This document shows, piece after piece, positions 60,619 to 64,000 of a stretch of DNA of 64,000 nucleotides. The DNA comes from Octopus vulgaris. Its lineage: Eukaryota. The stretch covers positions 62,806,001-62,870,000 of the forward strand of contig OX597824.1 of NCBI GenBank assembly GCA_951406725.2. The letters run 5' to 3'. The position numbers were made by a program, and so were the translations under genes. Numbering within the stretch: the first letter of the stretch is position 1; each line of letters opens with the position of its first letter. The notes under the pieces are model-generated. The model saw only the letters and a list, made by a program, of their open reading frames with translations. It searched no databases and was not told the origin of the DNA.

Positions 60619-63184
60619 TTAATTTCATATAATATTTTCATTATTCAATATAAATACCTTCATTATTTATATAAATATAACTAAAGCGAATTATTATGTC
60701 GCACAAATATGTTCCTTCGTCGAAAGACAAATTTTAGCTAATGAAATGATGCAAATGATTTCTTGATAATCCATGGTTCAGTTGAAGTGAAAAGCTTTCA
60801 TATGAGATGTGGAATTTCTTTTATGTTGTTGAAAGCGTATTGTTATCCATAATGTATACATCTGCTATTTTATGATACATAAACATATGTACCAAAGTTA
60901 TGCCGCTTTACAGGACCAGATTACGAACCAGTTGTGTAAGGGTGTGTAAGGATCTTGATTTCAAATATTGGCATTTCGTTGAATGCGACTTGCTGTTACC
61001 TCTACTATATAGTAATACTAAATTGAATGCGAGAGAAGGAAGAATAGCTCACAGGTCACTTGACTAGCGAAGCATATTATGAAAGTCTTTTTTTTTTATT
61101 TCTCACGCCTAAATAAAAAAAGAAAATATTAGATAATAAATTCCCGGAAAACTTTCAGTGTTGGTCACGGCCGGTGTGCTAATGCAAGCTTGAATTTGTG
61201 ATGCAGTAAAACATTAACCACAATCCGATCTTTAATGAGGAAGATCTTAGCAAACCAGATAATTAAATCAAAGAGGTTTACTATCTCTTTTACAATTTTA
61301 CGAGATTATGAGACATCTGTATGTAATATGCAAAGTGATAGTTTGGTTTTAACATTAGAATTTCATGTAGAACGATTTAGAAAGCATTCATACAGACACG
61401 CGCACACAGACACATACACACGCACACACGCACGCGTACACACGCACACACACGCACGCACGAATACACAGACACAAACACACACACACATATATATGTG
61501 TGTACTTATACCTTAATGGGTCTTAGAGAATTTGCTAGTAATTCGTTATGAAAAAATAAGAGATATATTTCAAGATTATGTTAGTAGTTAGCTTTGTCGT
61601 CTATGTCAGATTGTTAGATTTACTGTGTGAAAAACAGATTACTCTGATAATGCAGTATCTTGTTGTCGGCTCTTTCTCCCACTCATTGTAGTTGACAGGT
61701 TTGTTTGTGATATCTTTCTAAATGGATTCAGAGACAGACAATCTTATTTAAATACCTAGCTGTCTCCATACCATAGTGACAATGACGTTAGATGAAATTT
61801 CATTAGGCAACTGAATCATCCCAAACTAATGGTTCAATCATCACTATTAGATATATTTCAGTCGGAGTGAACCAATGAACATTGGTAGTGACGCTCTAGC
61901 AACTACAACACTACAGATAATAAAATGCTAAAACAAATGAAAGCAAAAATTAAAAATTGGTGACCTCTTTTTTAAAAAAAATAATCAAATGAATAATTAA
62001 TGATTTTTTGTGTTTTTGCCTCAATGATTTCATGTTATTCAGACTTCCATTACAAGGAGGATGGCAACAGTTTACACAGTTCATCTAATATCAAGGAGAC
62101 AGATTAATGTGATACATTATTTGAATATTTTTTAGATGTTTAAGAAAAAATTTCTATTGTTATCAGTGAATTCAAAAGTCATTGTATATTTTTAGTTGTT
62201 TTTTTCTGTCGTATGGAAGAGCATTGCCTTTTAAATTCTGATCCTTGGAATAATTGTTTAATACGTGTTCGAGAGCGTTTCTGATTTTCTGCAAAATAGG
62301 TGAGGAAAAAATGATGAGGAAATTAGTCAGCGCTCCTGGTGTGAATAAAGTGAAGTTACTATTAATAAATAGCTTCCGTTTAAGTACGGTTTAGTGGAAG
62401 TATAACTCACCCTCTTTGTCATCCTGTTTGTATACTGAATTTGACAGAATTGTTAGAATATTCAACTGAAAAACATTAACGAGATGTAATCATCTCTTAT
62501 GTATAACAATTCCTATAAACTACCTTGCTCATTACTTCCAAGAGATCTATGTCGGAACGACAATGTAAATATATAACAGTGTTAGGAATTATACTAAATT
62601 ACTTGAGATAAACAGTATATATTATAAAAATGTACATTGAGTAAGATATTCGGAAACATTAGAAACAATGTAGGATCATTTCAAAGAAAACGTGAAATAA
62701 TTTTATTTAAAAAATGACTACTAGAGAGAGACAGCGAAGTATTATTGAAATAAAGTAAAACTTTTAAAGAATTAAGGTACATATATATATATTGTATTCT
62801 GAAGAATAAAACAATAATTGATAAAGGCGGGAGAATTATTTAAACGTTGGTTTCTCATATGTATTATTATTTATGTAGCTTTTTACGAAACTACCTCTAG
62901 TTTTACTTTTTTTGTTTCATTCTTTTTTTTCATTTATGCTTATAATTAGGAAGATGTATATTCAGAATTTAATGGCTGCGAATGAAGGATGCTCATATTT
63001 TACACATTTCATGTGTATTCTAGTTTTATATAATATATTTTTTATTTTTCGGTAATATGTTGTTGAGGTTTTAGCTATACTCAAACTATCGAAGATTATT
63101 ACAATGTTATTAATATATATGTTTGTAGTTTTATATATGTGTGTGTGTGTGACAGTGTGCGTGCGCACACGTGCGTGAGTATTA

Positions 63185-63499
63185 AGGCTCATGGCTTAAT
63201 GGTTACGGTGTTGCACTCAAGATTACTAGATCGTCGGTTCGATTCCTAGACCGGGCGTTGCGCTGTGTTCCTGAGCAAAGCACTTCATCTCAGGTTGCTC
63301 TGCGATCATTCCGGTATCTGACATCTGACATATGGAACCCCTTGCACCTGTACAGGTAATGTCGATCTGATGGAAAGAGTGAGCTTATGTCTACACAAAC
63401 ATTTGATTACTATAAACAAATCATCTGTGTGTTTGTTCGGTAAGAAATTGTCGGTAAGAAATTGTTCGGTAAGAAATTGTCGTCTTACGATGGAAGAGT

Positions 63500-63505
<6 letters not shown>
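63185..63505 (+). mobile_element. tRNA-derived SINE with a triplicated TCGGTAAGAAATTG motif
   Basis: A box TGGCTTAATGG and B box GGTTCGATTCC; homologous to 26680-26975. Confidence 0.8.
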
Positions 63506-63568
<63 letters not shown>

Positions 63569-63597
63569 ATTATTATTATTATTATTATTATTACTAT

Positions 63598-63855
63598 TAT
63601 CTCTTTATCACAGGTATTGTTGGAGCTACTGGAGTTTTGTATGCGTATCGGGTTTACTACTTTCAGCCTATGGTACCATGCTGTTCGTTCTTTTCAGGTA
63701 TGTAATACTTTCCAGATTATTCTGGCTGTGCCAAGGAGGCAAACCTCTTGTGACAGTTCTACTGAGCACTCTATTCCAATTTCCTTTATATTTTTCTAGA
63801 AGCCTTCTGATACTGAACCCAACAATAATTGACACAATTTTCACCATCTTCATTT
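63598..63855 (-). mobile_element. Dong/R4 3' end of a third family, between (TTA)n tracts
   Basis: Across frameshifts it reads VKIVSIIVG...KEIGIECSVELSQEVCLLGTARIIWKVLHT*, parallel to TIPIIVG...IQKIALLGTAHILRRTL. Confidence 0.75.
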
Positions 63856-63859
63856 ATTA

Positions 63860-63951
<92 letters not shown>
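63856..63951. repeat. (TTA)n microsatellite
   Basis: Direct reading. Confidence 0.95.
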
Positions 63952-64000
63952 GGCGACGGAAGCAGTATTAATACCAAAATATTATCTTTTCATCCAACTA

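Overview
This is AT-rich, microsatellite-dense eukaryotic DNA. The SINE families and (TA)n/(TTA)n content point to an octopus or other coleoid cephalopod genome, which is an inference. The window looks intergenic or intronic: no host gene could be identified, and most ORFs in the track are microsatellite artefacts. The only long real ORF (2308-4185, minus) is the RT, CCHC and restriction-like endonuclease region of a young, 5'-truncated Dong/R4-clade non-LTR retrotransposon inside a (TAA)n array. The rest is fragments of further Dong/R4 families, L1/Tx1, CR1, RTE, Penelope-like elements (PLE), mariner/Tc1, a probable piggyBac MITE, a possible Helitron end and many tRNA-derived SINEs. Five observations stand out. 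(1) About a dozen minimal type I hammerhead ribozyme motifs lie between 8.5 and 35.2 kb, including a tandem pair 563 nt apart and a family of ~210-bp hammerhead-bearing elements abutting (TA)n tracts. (2) Two Dong insertions each carry a 5' inversion. (3) A decayed 28S rRNA fragment ends near a SINE/CR1-type 3' tail. (4) A CR1 3' UTR matches the tail of a local SINE family. (5) Several long hairpins could form dsRNA. All calls were made by eye, and boundaries of decayed repeats are approximate.
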